Notes under the pieces: generated by a model
What the model saw: only the letters and a program-made list of their open reading frames with translations
Told to the model about the DNA's origin: nothing
The model's database searches: none
Shown: positions 1-11,744 of the stretch, in pieces
How positions within the stretch are numbered: the stretch's first letter is position 1
How the letters are laid out: every line of letters starts with the position of its first letter
NCBI GenBank assembly: GCA_950097015.1
Contig: CATNEN010000003.1
Location: forward strand, 5,828,001-5,892,000
Length of the DNA: 64,000 nt
Direction: 5' to 3'
Origin: Macrostomum hystrix
Taxonomy: Eukaryota; Animalia; Platyhelminthes
Position numbers and translations under genes: made by a program

Positions 1-3000
1 TCACTCCGAGCCTGGTGCAGCACCTCAAGCGTCTGGTGAAGAAGAGACTGTTCAAGCTGCTGCTGCTGGCCAGTCCTCGCAATGCGCTCTCAGTCCTGAG
101 GCTGGCCAGAGAAGCTGCAGTCATGCAGCAGAACTACTTCTGGCTCATTCTCGACACTGGACTGTCCAAGGCGGATGTGCTCAGCGTGACGCCAGCGAAC
201 GCGAACGTTGCTCTGCTGAGAGGCAGCGTGTTCACTCACTGCACAGCAGCAGTGATGGATGTGTTTCCTCAGTGCCAGCTGGACTCAATTCGGGTGAGAC
301 TGTCACACTGCAGTGCTGCCTTGCTCACGTCTGTCATCAGCGTGAGTGAGTGACTCAAGCATCGCAGCTCAATCACCGCAACCCCACACTGACCGCTCCG
401 CACCACATTGAGCAGAGTCTGGACGCTCGATTCGTGGATGCGGTGGAAGCCGTGGCCAAGGCGCTGAACGACTCGCTGATGCATCCGGGATTCTCTCCGA
501 GCAACGCCTCCTGCTTTCCGCTGCAGCACTGGACATTGGGATCGACTGTGCTCAGCAAACTGCTCAGCGTGAGCTGCTCACATTTAGACATGATGTCAGA
601 GTCCAGTGAGTAGCTGCACTCACTCACTCACTCACCTGCCATGCACCCACTCGATGCTGCAGATGAGCAACTATGACACTCAGCGTGGCCTCATCTCGTA
701 CAACAGCTCAAGCAGACACTTGAGCTCACAGGGTGTCGAAGTGGTCGCGTCCTACAATGAGCTGCGATGGTCTCCGATCTCGATGCTGAAGTCCGCTGAG
801 TTCGATGTGTCGAGCGGCTCTCTGAGCAAGCAGTTTCGCTACAAGGGAGTGAGCCTGGCCTTTCCCAACACCTTCATGGGCTTCAAGAACCAGACTATTG
901 TCATTTGCGCTCCAGAGGTATTCTTATACTTATTTGCTCTGTCTGAACTTTAGTTCATAAAATTGTTAATTCCTGCTCAATATACTGCAGAGTCCACCAA
1001 TGACGAACTACGTGCAGAAGTTCGCCAACAGCACAGTAGTCATAAACGGAATGACTCTTGATCTACTGAACATTTTGGCTGCGAAGCTAGACTTCCAGTA
1101 TGCTCTTTAGATTTTATTCCAGTTCGGGTTATAGAGTCAAAATCATTCACAGGTAAAGCTTCCTTTCCGGTATTGCATCTTCAATAGGTACTACACCAAG
1201 GACTCGGACGACGGCAACTGGGGCGCTCCAGTTCCCGGTCAGCCGTACTTTAACGGATGCGTTGGAGAGCTTCAGAAAGGGGTGAGCCTTCTTGCCTTGC
1301 TGGATTCAACGAATTATGCTTCGAGGTTCAAGCAAGGTCATCCGTGACACAGACGTGAAGGGCTCTAGGACACTAAACTTATGCAATATTGATTGTTTCG
1401 CTTATTGTACAATTCAATGCCCCATTTTCAGTTAGTGACCATCGCAGCAGGACCGTTCACTCAGAGCACCCTGAGGGACTCTGTCATCGACTTCTCTGCT
1501 CCGCTATTTCAAGAGTCGAACGGCATGCTGCTCCCCAGACCTCCTCCCGCCTCCAAGCTGTGGAATGTGTACACACCTTTTAATTATGACGTGTGGATTG
1601 CCGTGATTGGTTTCCTGTTTGTCAGCTCGTTTTTCACCTGGATATTGGCATACTTCTCACCTTTCACTGCCTACAATTTGCAAGAAGATTACGCTATCGC
1701 TGATGAGGTGTGGCTCCAGGAGTACATCTGGAGCATTGTGGGCAGCTTCCTGCAGCAGGGCCAGGATTTCTATCCTTTCGCCATGTCGCCGAGAACCGTG
1801 CTAGCATTCTGGTGGATGTTTACAGTCATCATCTATGGAGCTTATACAGGTGAGTTGTACAGTAGTTGCTGAGTTCATTTAGCTTATTCCATGGATGACA
1901 GTCTATGCACAGTGATAGTGTTAACTACCTGATGCTGGCTGAGAAAATTAGGACAAGTGTGCAACTCCAGATATAAAATGTCTATACTAGTCTCGTAGGA
2001 ATATATTATGTGTACGGTATACGTCCCAAACGAAACGGTACGTTTCGGTGCACGACCAATGACTGGCACAGGTTGACTGACACACTCTTTGTCCACAGAC
2101 CTTTTGTGACTGTAATTTTGTGACAATCATTTTGTTTGCAGTCAGTCTAGTTGTTCGGGAAATTAGAATCAATCTATGACGATTAAAAACAGATTCTGTA
2201 TTAGAAAGTTAATTTACTGAGAATTTTTGCAAACGCAGGTGACTTGACGGCCCACCTGACGGTGACAATCACAGAATTTCCTATCAAGACTCTGTCAGAC
2301 TTGGTGTCGCAGAGTGTTATTAAACCTTACGTTCCAGCAGGTACTAATTTGTACACCTTGTTTAAAGAGTCGAACTCCGGTGTCTACAAGCAAGTCGCAG
2401 ATGCCATGGTTGAGTTGGGACCCTACGACTATTGTCCGGATTCAGTGAGTGCATGCCATGGGGTCCGACTTGGTAGTTACTGGACCCTTCAGTGCGTTTC
2501 TCTCAATTCAACTACTGATTTCAGATCTTTCGGCCCGACAGAGCATGCCTAAACGACTACACCTACCTGCTAGCCATAGCTAACAAGAACTGTTCGCAGT
2601 ACTATTTAGCTGAGGAAATCTTCAATAGCGGCACTGTGGCTTTTATGTTTCCAGAGGATGCGTACTTCGCGGAGTCCTTCGACTTCTAGTGAGTTAACGA
2701 GTTAAATGCTACTCAAAGAAGAGACACTGTCGGTGGGAGAGCGGCTAACGCATTTGCCTCTCGCACCACGGACCCTAAGTTCGATTCCGCAGCGAGGCCA
2801 CATTCATTTGGGGCGCAGCCGCAGAGAGAAGGTTTGGGGGCTTGTCGTGCAATTTACGCCCTTGTGGGCCAACCTCCAAGGCACAGTGAAATGTACACTC
2901 CCTAACAATGAGAAAATCAGGGCAGATGTACACACCTGTGTGAGTGTGTGCCTGCGCACGGTATCTGTGTGAGTGTGTGCTCAGGAGTCAGCGAAATGGG

Positions 3001-4034
3001 CAGAATAGCCTCCTGGCTGGCTGCTGGTCTAGTGTCACCAAATGATGTGCCATTGCCCGCAGCCGTCCTGCAATTGCTATTATTATCATTAGTTTATATT
3101 TATTGACTATAAATGATTGAGGTGTGGAACGGTAAATACTCCACATAATGTCCGAATCTCGCACCGATTTCCCTGATAACGAATCCGCGGCGAGGCCACA
3201 TTCATTTAGGAAGTAGCCGCAGAGAAGGCTTGTGAGCTTGTTCACAATTAGTAACAACCCCAAAGTCACAGTGGTAAGTGCATAATGTGTGCTCAGAGGT
3301 GCGCAGAATGAGCAGGAAAATGCCAACTGGCTAGCTGTGGGTTGGCTGTATTAATTATTACCTATTACCCAAAGACCACCTTCTAATGTATTTTTTATGA
3401 CTCGCATTTCCTGCTTTCCGTAGCACTGCTGATTTCCCAGCAATTCAGCATTAACTTTGTTCTGTTTTAAAACATACGTTGTTCAGATACTTAACCATCC
3501 CTATCTGTCTATTTTATTCCAAAGAAATCATTGCCCACAAAACATGCCTATTTTTTTTACATTATTATCCGCTGCAATCGAGGATGTTTTTGCGAATGTA
3601 CCAAATTAACTATCCCTTAATAAGGCCAACTAGGCAATAGCCAGTCTGCCCATTCCGCTAGTCCCTGAGCACATGTTTACAAACTACAAAGTCGCATTGA
3701 TATGAACACTTGGCCTGAATTTTGTATCAGAATAGCTTTTTTTCAACAGTGAATGTACATGTCCACGCTTCCTCAAACCTTTCTCCGCGACCTCAGCATG
3801 AAGAAACTGTCGGAGACTGGTCAGATGCAGCGGCTATTCAACAATTACTGGTCAAGTGACACAGTCTGCACGGCTGGCAAGTCAACCGAGGCCAGCTCCA
3901 TCACATTTGAAGGTGTTGGCGGCTGCTTCATTGTTACCGGCTGCATGTACACCGTAGGTCTTGTCATCCTCCTGTTTGAGCTCGTCTGGACTAAGCTGGC
4001 AAAAAAGCAGCCACTGGATTGCATTATCTACTAA
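1..4034 (+). CDS. Divergent ionotropic glutamate receptor-like subunit, paralogue 1 (5'-truncated by window edge)
   Basis: Spliced by hand using GT-AG sites: exons <1-293, 416-568, 663-917, 991-1097, 1188-1281, 1432-1849, 2239-2444, 2525-2688, 3797-4034. Motifs: S1 DGNWGAP and GPFTQSTLRDSVIDFS, pore GSFLQQG, M3 YGAYTGDLTAHLT, S2 GTNLY, M4 EGVGGCF. Frame is open across all junctions. Confidence 0.9.
2733..3090 (+). mobile_element. tRNA-derived SINE family A
   Basis: Pol III A-box-like ggcagagcgg-type head and B-box gttcgattcc, ~330-350 bp body, (att)n-like tail. More than 12 dispersed copies in the window. This one is in intron 11 of paralogue 1. Confidence 0.8.
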
Positions 4035-4077
4035 CAGCAGACTTTGCGCAATTACTCACACAAGTAGGGGGCTGAGA

Positions 4078-5210
4078 GGGGTGAGTGGCAGAGTGGTTAA
4101 CGCGTTTGCCAGACTTTGAGTCTCTCACACACCTCTCGCACCAAGGTCCCTAAGTTCGATTCCGTGGCGAGGCCACATTTATTTGGGGCGCAGCCGCGGA
4201 GAGAAGGCTTGGGGGCTTGTCGTGCAATTCACACTCTTGAGGGCCAACCTTCAAGGCACAGCGAGAAAAGTCAGGTCAGATGTACACAAATGTGTGAGCG
4301 TGTGCCTGTGAAGGTATCTGTGTGCATCTGTGCTCAGGAGTCAGCGAAATGGGCAGAATTGCCTCCTCGCTGGCTATGGGTCTAGTGCAGGGGTAGGCAA
4401 ACTTATTTGCTGGCGGGCCAAAGAGAGAACCTAAAAGACGATAGCGGGCCGCATTGACTGTATAAATATGAGATAGGGGAGAGATGAGACACGGGAGAGA
4501 TGAGACACGGGAGAGATTAGACACGGGAGAGATAAGACAGGGGAGAGATTAGACACGGGAGAGATAAGACAGGGGAGAGATTAGACACGGGAGAGATAAG
4601 ACAGGAGAGAAATTAGACACGGGAGAGATAAGACAGGGGAGAGATTAGACACGGGAGAGATAAGACAGGGGAGAGATTAGACACGGGAGAGATAAGACAG
4701 GAGAGAGATTAGACACGGGAGAGATTAGACAGGAGAGAGATTAGACACGGGAGAGATAAGACAGGGGAGAGATTAGACACGGGAGAGATAAGACAGGAGA
4801 GAGATTAGACACGGGAGAGATAAGACAGGGGAGAGATTAGACACGGGAGAGATTAGACACGGGAGAGATAAGACAGGGGAGAGATTAGACACGGGAGAGA
4901 TGAGACACAGGAGAGATTAGACACGGGAGAGATTAGACACGGGAGAGATAAGACACGGGAGAGATAAGACACGAGAGCGATGAGACACGGGAGAGATTAG
5001 ACACAAGAGCGATGAGACACAGGAGAGATTAGACACGGGAGAGATTAGACACGAGAGAGATGAAACAGGACACTGTAGATGTCAGAAGGGGCAACGGGCC
5101 GGATTTGGGAGCTTCGAGGGCCGCATCTGGCCCGCGGGCCGGAGTTTGCCGACCCCTGGTCTAGTGTCACCAAATGATTTGGCTATCGCCCACAGTCATC
5201 CTACAAGCAT
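4078..5210 (+). mobile_element. SINE family A copy interrupted by a hAT MITE
   Basis: SINE body to 4387, resumes at 5159 after duplicated GTCTAGTG. Confidence 0.8.
4388..5158. mobile_element. Non-autonomous hAT (Charlie-type) element carrying a 16-bp minisatellite
   Basis: TIRs CAGGGGTAGGCAAACT / AGTTTGCCGACCCCTG. Perfect 8-bp TSD GTCTAGTG (4380-4387 and 5159-5166). Internal (acgggagagatgagac)n array ~4470-5065. Confidence 0.88.
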
Positions 5211-6139
5211 ATTTTCTATTTTTTTTACTTACACAAGTAGTAAATGTCGGACTAAGTTTTGAAAGTACCTTGCACTGCCAGAATCAACAATTTTTGTTAC
5301 AACAGTTAGTCATCGTACAGAACGTCTAGTATCTTAAAGTAATGCACTCCTTCACTAAAAGCCGCAGTTTTACTCGTATTTAAACGCTAATGATTCCTAG
5401 AATGTAATTATTCTAATTTTTTATAACTAGCACATTAGACACGGTTCGTAGAAAAACTGTAATTTAAATAACTAGATCTATTTTTTCTACACAACAATGT
5501 GATCTATTTCGCCTCGTAATTATCTATCAAAGTTTGTCTCTTTTAGTTTTGCCAGCGAATTAAACATTGTATATTATTTTTTTACTTATTTATTTAGCAA
5601 ATTTTTTATTAATAATAATTATCTGTACATCTTGAAGGTCGGTGGTTCAATTCCTAACACTATAATAGCGAGTTAAAATTCTAGCCGGGCAGACAAAACA
5701 GGTAGATGGATTAAAAATTCAGAATATACGAGATAGCTAGCAGACAGGTGAGTCAGGTGTGCGGCCACCAAATTTGGAGACTGAATTTAATTGAGAACTG
5801 GGATGTGGGCAAAAGGTTGACTAGCAATTGCAGAAAGCCAGTTTTTGCTTAATTTTTCTAAACTGATGGGGTGATACTATTTTATCTGTCAGTTTTTGTG
5901 GATTGCTGGACAGCCACCATTGTAAAACGCTTTGAAGCATTTTGGATCAGATCAATATCTTACATATGCATGACATTTTTAACTAGATTAAGAATCGGAT
6001 GTGAAATCTCTTAATTTCAAGATGATAACTCTTAAAAATAGAAAATAAAAAGAAGCATTAAGAAGCTGAGCGAGAAATATTGCGACAGAAGGTCTTCAAC
6101 AGTTGTCGAAGAGAGAGATACTCAAAGACAGAGACGGAG

Positions 6140-7060
6140 GTCAGCGAGAGTCACAGAGAGGCAGAGAGAGAGGCAGAGAGAGGCAGAGAGAGAGGCAGAG
6201 AGAGAGGCAGAGAGAGAGGCAGAGAGAGATGCAGAGAGAGGCAGAGAGAGAGGCAGAGAGAGAGGCAGAGAGAGGCAGAGAGAGAGGCAGAGAGAGAGGC
6301 AGAGAGAGGCAGAGAGAGAGGCAGAGAGAGAGGCAGAGAGAGGCAGAGAGAGGCAGAGAGAGAGGCACAGAGAGAGGCAGAGAGAGAGGCAGAGAGAGAG
6401 AGGCAGGGAGAGGCAGAGAGAGGCACAGAGAGAGAGGCAGATAGAGAGGCAGAGAGAGAGGCAGAGAGAGAGGCAGAGAGAGGCAGAGAGAGAGAGGCAG
6501 AGAGAGAGGCAGAGAGAGGCAGAGAGAGAGGCAGAGAGAGAGAGGCAGAGAGAGAGACAGAGAGAGGCACAGAGAGAGAGGCAGAGAGAGAGGCAGGGAG
6601 AGAGAGGCAGAGAGAGAGGCAGAGAGAGAGGCAGAGAGAGAGGCAGGGAGAGAGAGGCAGAGAGAGAGGCAGAGAGAGAGGCAGGGAGAGAGAGGCAGAG
6701 AGAGAGGCAGAGAGAGAGGCAGAGAGAGAGGCAGGGAGAGAGAGGCAGAGAGAGAGGCAGAGAGAGGCAGAGAGAGAGGCAGGGAGAGAGAGGCAGAGAG
6801 AGAGGCAGAGAGAGAGGCAGAGAGAGAGGCAGGGAGAGAGAGGCAGAGAGAGAGGCAGAGAGAGGCAGAGAGAGAGAGGCAGAGAGAGGCAGAGAGAGAG
6901 GCAGAGAGAGGCAGAGAGAGAGAGGCAGAGAGAGAGGCAGAGAGAGTGAGGCAGAGAGAGAGAGGCAGAGAGAGAGAGGCAGAGAGAGAGGCAGAGAGAG
7001 AGGCAGAGAGAGAGGCAGGGAGAGAGAGGCAGAGAGAGAGAGAGGCAGAGAGAGAGGCAG
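6140..7060. repeat. GA-rich microsatellite (AGAGAGAGGC)n-like
   Basis: Nearly pure purine tract between the convergent 3' ends of paralogues 1 and 2. Confidence 0.95.
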
Positions 7061-7516
7061 GCAGCGAGAGTCAGAAAGGGAGAGATTTGGAGAGACATAC
7101 AGATGAGAGACGCAGTAAGAGATGCAGCTGAGAGTTTAGTTTATACCAGCCGCTTAGCTACCCTCTGGGTTGCCTAAATCCTCTTGTAATGAAGTTAAGC
7201 TAATTAAAACTAGGTGTGCCGATGCACACAAATTCGATTTCCTTTAGTTAAGAAGCAAGATCTGATCTTGCAATGCAAACAATCAAGCAAGATTTACATT
7301 TTTGTATATACTTACTCGTAGATATAAGTATAAGCAGAACATCTGGTGTATAACAGTTCAGCTGGAATATAAAATTACTATTTGTAAACCTTGTTATATT
7401 GTGGATACAGTTTTAGAAAAATGGTTTATAAAACCTGTTTTAGGAGTTTGCTCGAGCTGTTGTAAGTTTCAATTGCTAAAAGTTTGAAGACAAATGTGTC
7501 AAAAAAGTCAAGCCTT

Positions 7517-10500
7517 TCAAAAGATAATGCAGTCCAACGGCTGTTTCTTGGCCACCTTTGTCCAGAAGAGCTCGAAGAGCAGGATGAGTAGGCCAGCTGC
7601 GTAGAAAGCGAAGGCGACTATGCAGCAGCCGCCGATGCCTTCAAGATTGATGGGGTCGCCTTCCGACGTTAGGCTTCTCCTGCAGTCGGCATCGCTGGAC
7701 CAGTATTCCTGGAACCAGCGCTGAATGAGGCCAGTATCATACAACTTCTGCATCCTGAAGTAGGTTTTGTTAGCGATAAAAAGTTAGTTCTGCCCATTCT
7801 ACTGGCTCTCACAAAGGTGTGTGCACATCTGCCCTGAATTTTTCATCGTCATTCATCTCACAGTGTGCAACGAGCCCTAGCCTTCCCTACATGGTTCTAA
7901 ACTCAAATTACGATCACCATGGAGTCGAGTTCAGGGACTTTACAAACGATAAACGTTCTGCCAATCAACCCACATTTCTCAAATCAAGCAAATTTTGAAT
8001 AGATTAACAGCTCGTTGCTCACTGAAAGTTGAATAGTTCAGCGTAGGGCGCATCTTCCGGAAACATGAACGCTACGGTTCCCGTATTGAACTGCTCGTTG
8101 GCCATGTAGTACTGGCTGCAGTTCTTCAATGCTATGTCTAGAAGAAATGTGTAGTCGGAGATGCACGCCTGGTCTGATCTTGCTGGCTGCAATGGAAGAG
8201 CGAAGTAGCTCCTACATGTACCTCAGACGATTTCTGCTAGTAGTAAAATGCATACCTGCATAAAAAAAATAATAATTGTAGGAGGGCTGCGGGCCATGGC
8301 ACATTGTTTGGTGACACTAGACCCCCAGCCAGCGAGGACGCTGACTCCTGAGCACACACGCACACAGATACTGTACGCAGGCATTCGCCCACACAGGTGT
8401 GTACATCTGCCCTAACTTTCTCATCGTCAAGCAGTGCACACTTGCACTGTGCTTTGAATGTCAGCCCTCAAGGGTGTAAATTGCACGATAAGCCCCCAAG
8501 ACTTCTCTCCACAGCTGCACCCCAAATGAATGTGGCCGCGGAATCGAGCTCAGGGACCTTAGCGTGAGAGGCAAACGCGTTAACCGCTCTGCCACTCACT
8601 CCAGTCATCTCCATGTAGCTACTTCTACTATGCTTGCTACTTACATAAAACGGGCAGTTTTCAGAGGGCCCATAAACGACCATCTTGTCGGCGATCTGCT
8701 TGTAAACACCAGATTTGGATTCCGTGAGCAGTGTATAAAGATTTGTTCCATTTCGCACGTAAAGCTTTATAGCCGACTGTGAAACCAGTGAATTCAAGGA
8801 ATTTATAGGCTCTTCAGTTGTCGAAACTATCAGATACGCAGCGAGATTGCCTAAAAAATTTGCATTCGACATGCTGCAGACAGGCAATGATATTTTTAAA
8901 GTCAGTCAATAGCATAAAAAAACTCACCTCCGAAACAGCCATTTATGATGACAGTGAAGAACCACCAGAAGGCCAGCAGAATCCGAGCTGACGTTGCCGA
9001 TGGATAGAAATCCTGGCCTTGCTGCAGGTAGCTACCGATAAAAGTCCACATGTACTCTTGAGCCCACGTTTCATCTCCAATAGAATTTTCAAGACCTAGA
9101 TTAAAGGCCGTGAACGGAGAAAAGTAAGCCAAGAACCAAGTGATGAGAGCTGATACAAGCGTTGTACCGATGATCGCTATCCAAACGTAATTGTTGAATG
9201 GTGTAAAAATGTTCCACATCATGGACTTTCGTGGCGGCTTTGGAACCAAGACTGCATTCGATTCTTGGAAAAGCGGGCTAGAAAAGTCTATGACGGAATC
9301 TCGACCCGACGTTTTGGTAAAAGGTCCAGCTCCAATAGCCACTATCTACAAAGAGAGTTACCAATGACGACAATTTAGAAAAGGTGCTAAAAATTCTCCT
9401 TAACACACAGTGGCAAACCCACTCCACGCTGCAGCTCTCCAACGCATCCCGTGTAGTACTCAGAGTTTGGCTGGGGTGCACCCCAGCTGCCATCACTGGG
9501 ACTCTTGGTGGTAAATCTGAAAATGCAATGACAACGAAAGTCTTTCTTATTTCTAACGTCTGTAGGACGAGCTACAACTCAGGAAGGATATAAAGGGTTA
9601 CCGAAAATCTAACCGCTCGGCCAAATGATTCAAAATGTCTAAAGTCATGCCGGAAATTTCAACAGAGCTGTCTGGATACAACTTTAGGAATTTCGTCATC
9701 GGTGCACTCTGCAAAGCGGAAAAATGGACAGATAACAAGACACGAACTATTTAACAAAAACAATTCGAACTCTTGAACAACATCCTGTACCTCGGGCGTA
9801 CAAATGATAATAGTCTGGTTCTTGAAGCCCATGAAGGTGTTGGGAAAGGCCAGGCTCACTCCCTTGTAGCGAAACTGCTTGCTCAGAGAGCCGCTCGACA
9901 CATCGAACTCAGCGGACTTCAGCACCGAGATCGGAGACCATCGCAGCTCATTGTAGGACGCGACCACTTCGACACCTTGTGAGCTCAAGTGTCTGCTTGA
10001 GCTGTTGTACGAGATGAGGCCACGCTGAGTGTCATAGTTGCTCATCTGCAACATCGAGTGGGTTCATGGCAGATGAGTGAGTGAGTGAGTGCAGCTACTC
10101 ACTGGACTCTGAAATGATGTTTAAATGTGAGCAGCTCACGCTGAGCAGTTTGCTGAGCACAGTCGATCCCGATGTCCAGTGCTGCAGCGGAAAGCAGGAG
10201 GCGTTGCTCGGAGAGAATCCCGGATCCACCAGCGAGTCGTTCAGCGCCTTGGCCACGGCTTCCACCGCATCCACGAATCGAGCGTCCAGACTCTGCTCAA
10301 TGTGGTGCGGAGCGGTCAGTGTGGGGTTGCGGTGATTGAGCTGCGATGCTTGAGTCACTCACTCACGCTGATGACAGACGTGAGCAAGGCAGCACTGCAG
10401 TGGACAGTCTCACCCGAATTGAGTCCAGCTGGCACTGAGGAAACACATCCATCACTGCTGCTGTGCAGTGAGTGAACACGCTGCCTCTCAGCAGAGCAAC

Positions 10501-11527
10501 GTTCGCGTTCGCTGGCGTCACGCTGAGCACATCCGCCTTGGACAGTCCAGTGTCGAGAATGAGCCAGAAGTAGTTCTGCTGCATGACTGCAGCTTCACTG
10601 GCCAGCCTCAGGACTGAGAGCGCATTGCGAGGACTGGCCAGCAGAAGCAGCTTGAACAGTCTCTTCTTCACCAGACGCTTGAGGTGCTGCACCAGGCTCG
10701 GAGTGACAGAGGCGTTGGCAGTGTTGTCCACTTGGAATGTGAGACTGCTCACTCCGGCAGCGGTGAGGCCGCTCTGCAGGCTCTGCACAGCGGCGCTGCC
10801 TGCAGGCATTGGTGTGTTTGAATCGTCACAACTTGTACATCAGGACAGAGTTTGAGCAGTGTTTACTCACTCTGACGCCCGTCGAACAAGATGGCCACAT
10901 CACTGACCACCGAGTCGGCTGTGATGACGGACACTGCAGCAGCCACCATGTTGTCGGAGCTGTGACTGCCAACAATGGTGAAGTCTAAAAATCATAGAAA
11001 AGCAATTTAGGTTCATTCTCGACCCGAGATTTATGCACTTTTAGTCTAGTTACCTTTGAGCAGCTGGGCCGAGTCGCACAAGCCGGTGGGCAGTGCGATG
11101 AGCGGCAGCTGCAGAGACTTGCTGAGTGAGCCCACCTGATCGAGCAGAGAGCAGCTGCCGACACCAATCAGAGCTGACAGGCCGCTCCCCGAGCACACTG
11201 CGGAGCGAGACACACTTTTACAATCAGCACTGTGCTCAGCATTTTACAGGCATCGCACAGCAAATGGCGAATGCCAGCAGCAGCCAACTCACCAGTCCTG
11301 ACAGCCTGCTGTGAACTGCACCAGCTCACATTCACATGCACATATGAGAGTGTGTGACCCTGCAGCACTCTCCAGTTGGAGTTCACGCGTCTGGCGAACG
11401 CCTTCTCCATCAACGACTCGCTCACCTGCCCGTCTTCCGTGACCACGCCGACCTTCAGGTTGAGGGCAGAGACGGTACTGCTCAGAAGGATCAATGTTAC
11501 TAGTTTGAGTGTGGACTCAGCGCTCAT
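7517..11527 (-). CDS. Divergent iGluR-like subunit, paralogue 2 (12 exons)
   Basis: ATG at 11527 with signal peptide MSAESTLKLVTLILLSSTVSA. ATD exons near-identical to the other copies. GPFTKTSGRDSVIDFS, pore GSYLQQG, M3 NGCFGGNLAAYLIV. Ends KKQPLDCIIF* at 7517. Same intron positions as the paralogues. Confidence 0.9.
8272..8605 (-). mobile_element. SINE family A
   Basis: Reverse-complement match to 2733-3090. In intron 10 of paralogue 2. Confidence 0.8.
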
Positions 11528-11729
11528 TGCAAAGAATTTCGATCTGTGTTCAAGATTTTTAGTTTGAGATTGAGAATTCCTTCCTTTTTTAACTAAAAGC
11601 AAATAATTGCAAGTTGAAATTGCTGGACTTTTTCACAGTTTTTTTAATTGATTGAAATGCTTGATACCTTGAGCCGCTGAGAAAATGTCATGCTTATCCC
11701 GCAACGCAGAACTATGAGCAATGAGATCG

Positions 11730-11744
11730 CATCACTGCTATTGG
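11730..11744 (-). promoter_or_regulatory. CCAAT-containing 15-mer CCAATAGCAGTGATG upstream of paralogue 2
   Basis: Identical 15-mer at 17893-17907, at almost the same distance (~200-217 bp) upstream of the paralogue 3 ATG, in otherwise unalignable flanks. Confidence 0.5.

Noticed and set aside
2681-2700. Apparent in-frame TAG at the end of exon 11 (also paralogues 5 and 6), suggesting pseudogenes or readthrough
   Set aside because: The TA is a split codon at a phase-2 donor (ta|gt); splicing gives TAC (Tyr).
6080-7131. Long ORFs (289-315 aa) of RE/SL repeats
   Set aside because: Translations of a GA microsatellite.
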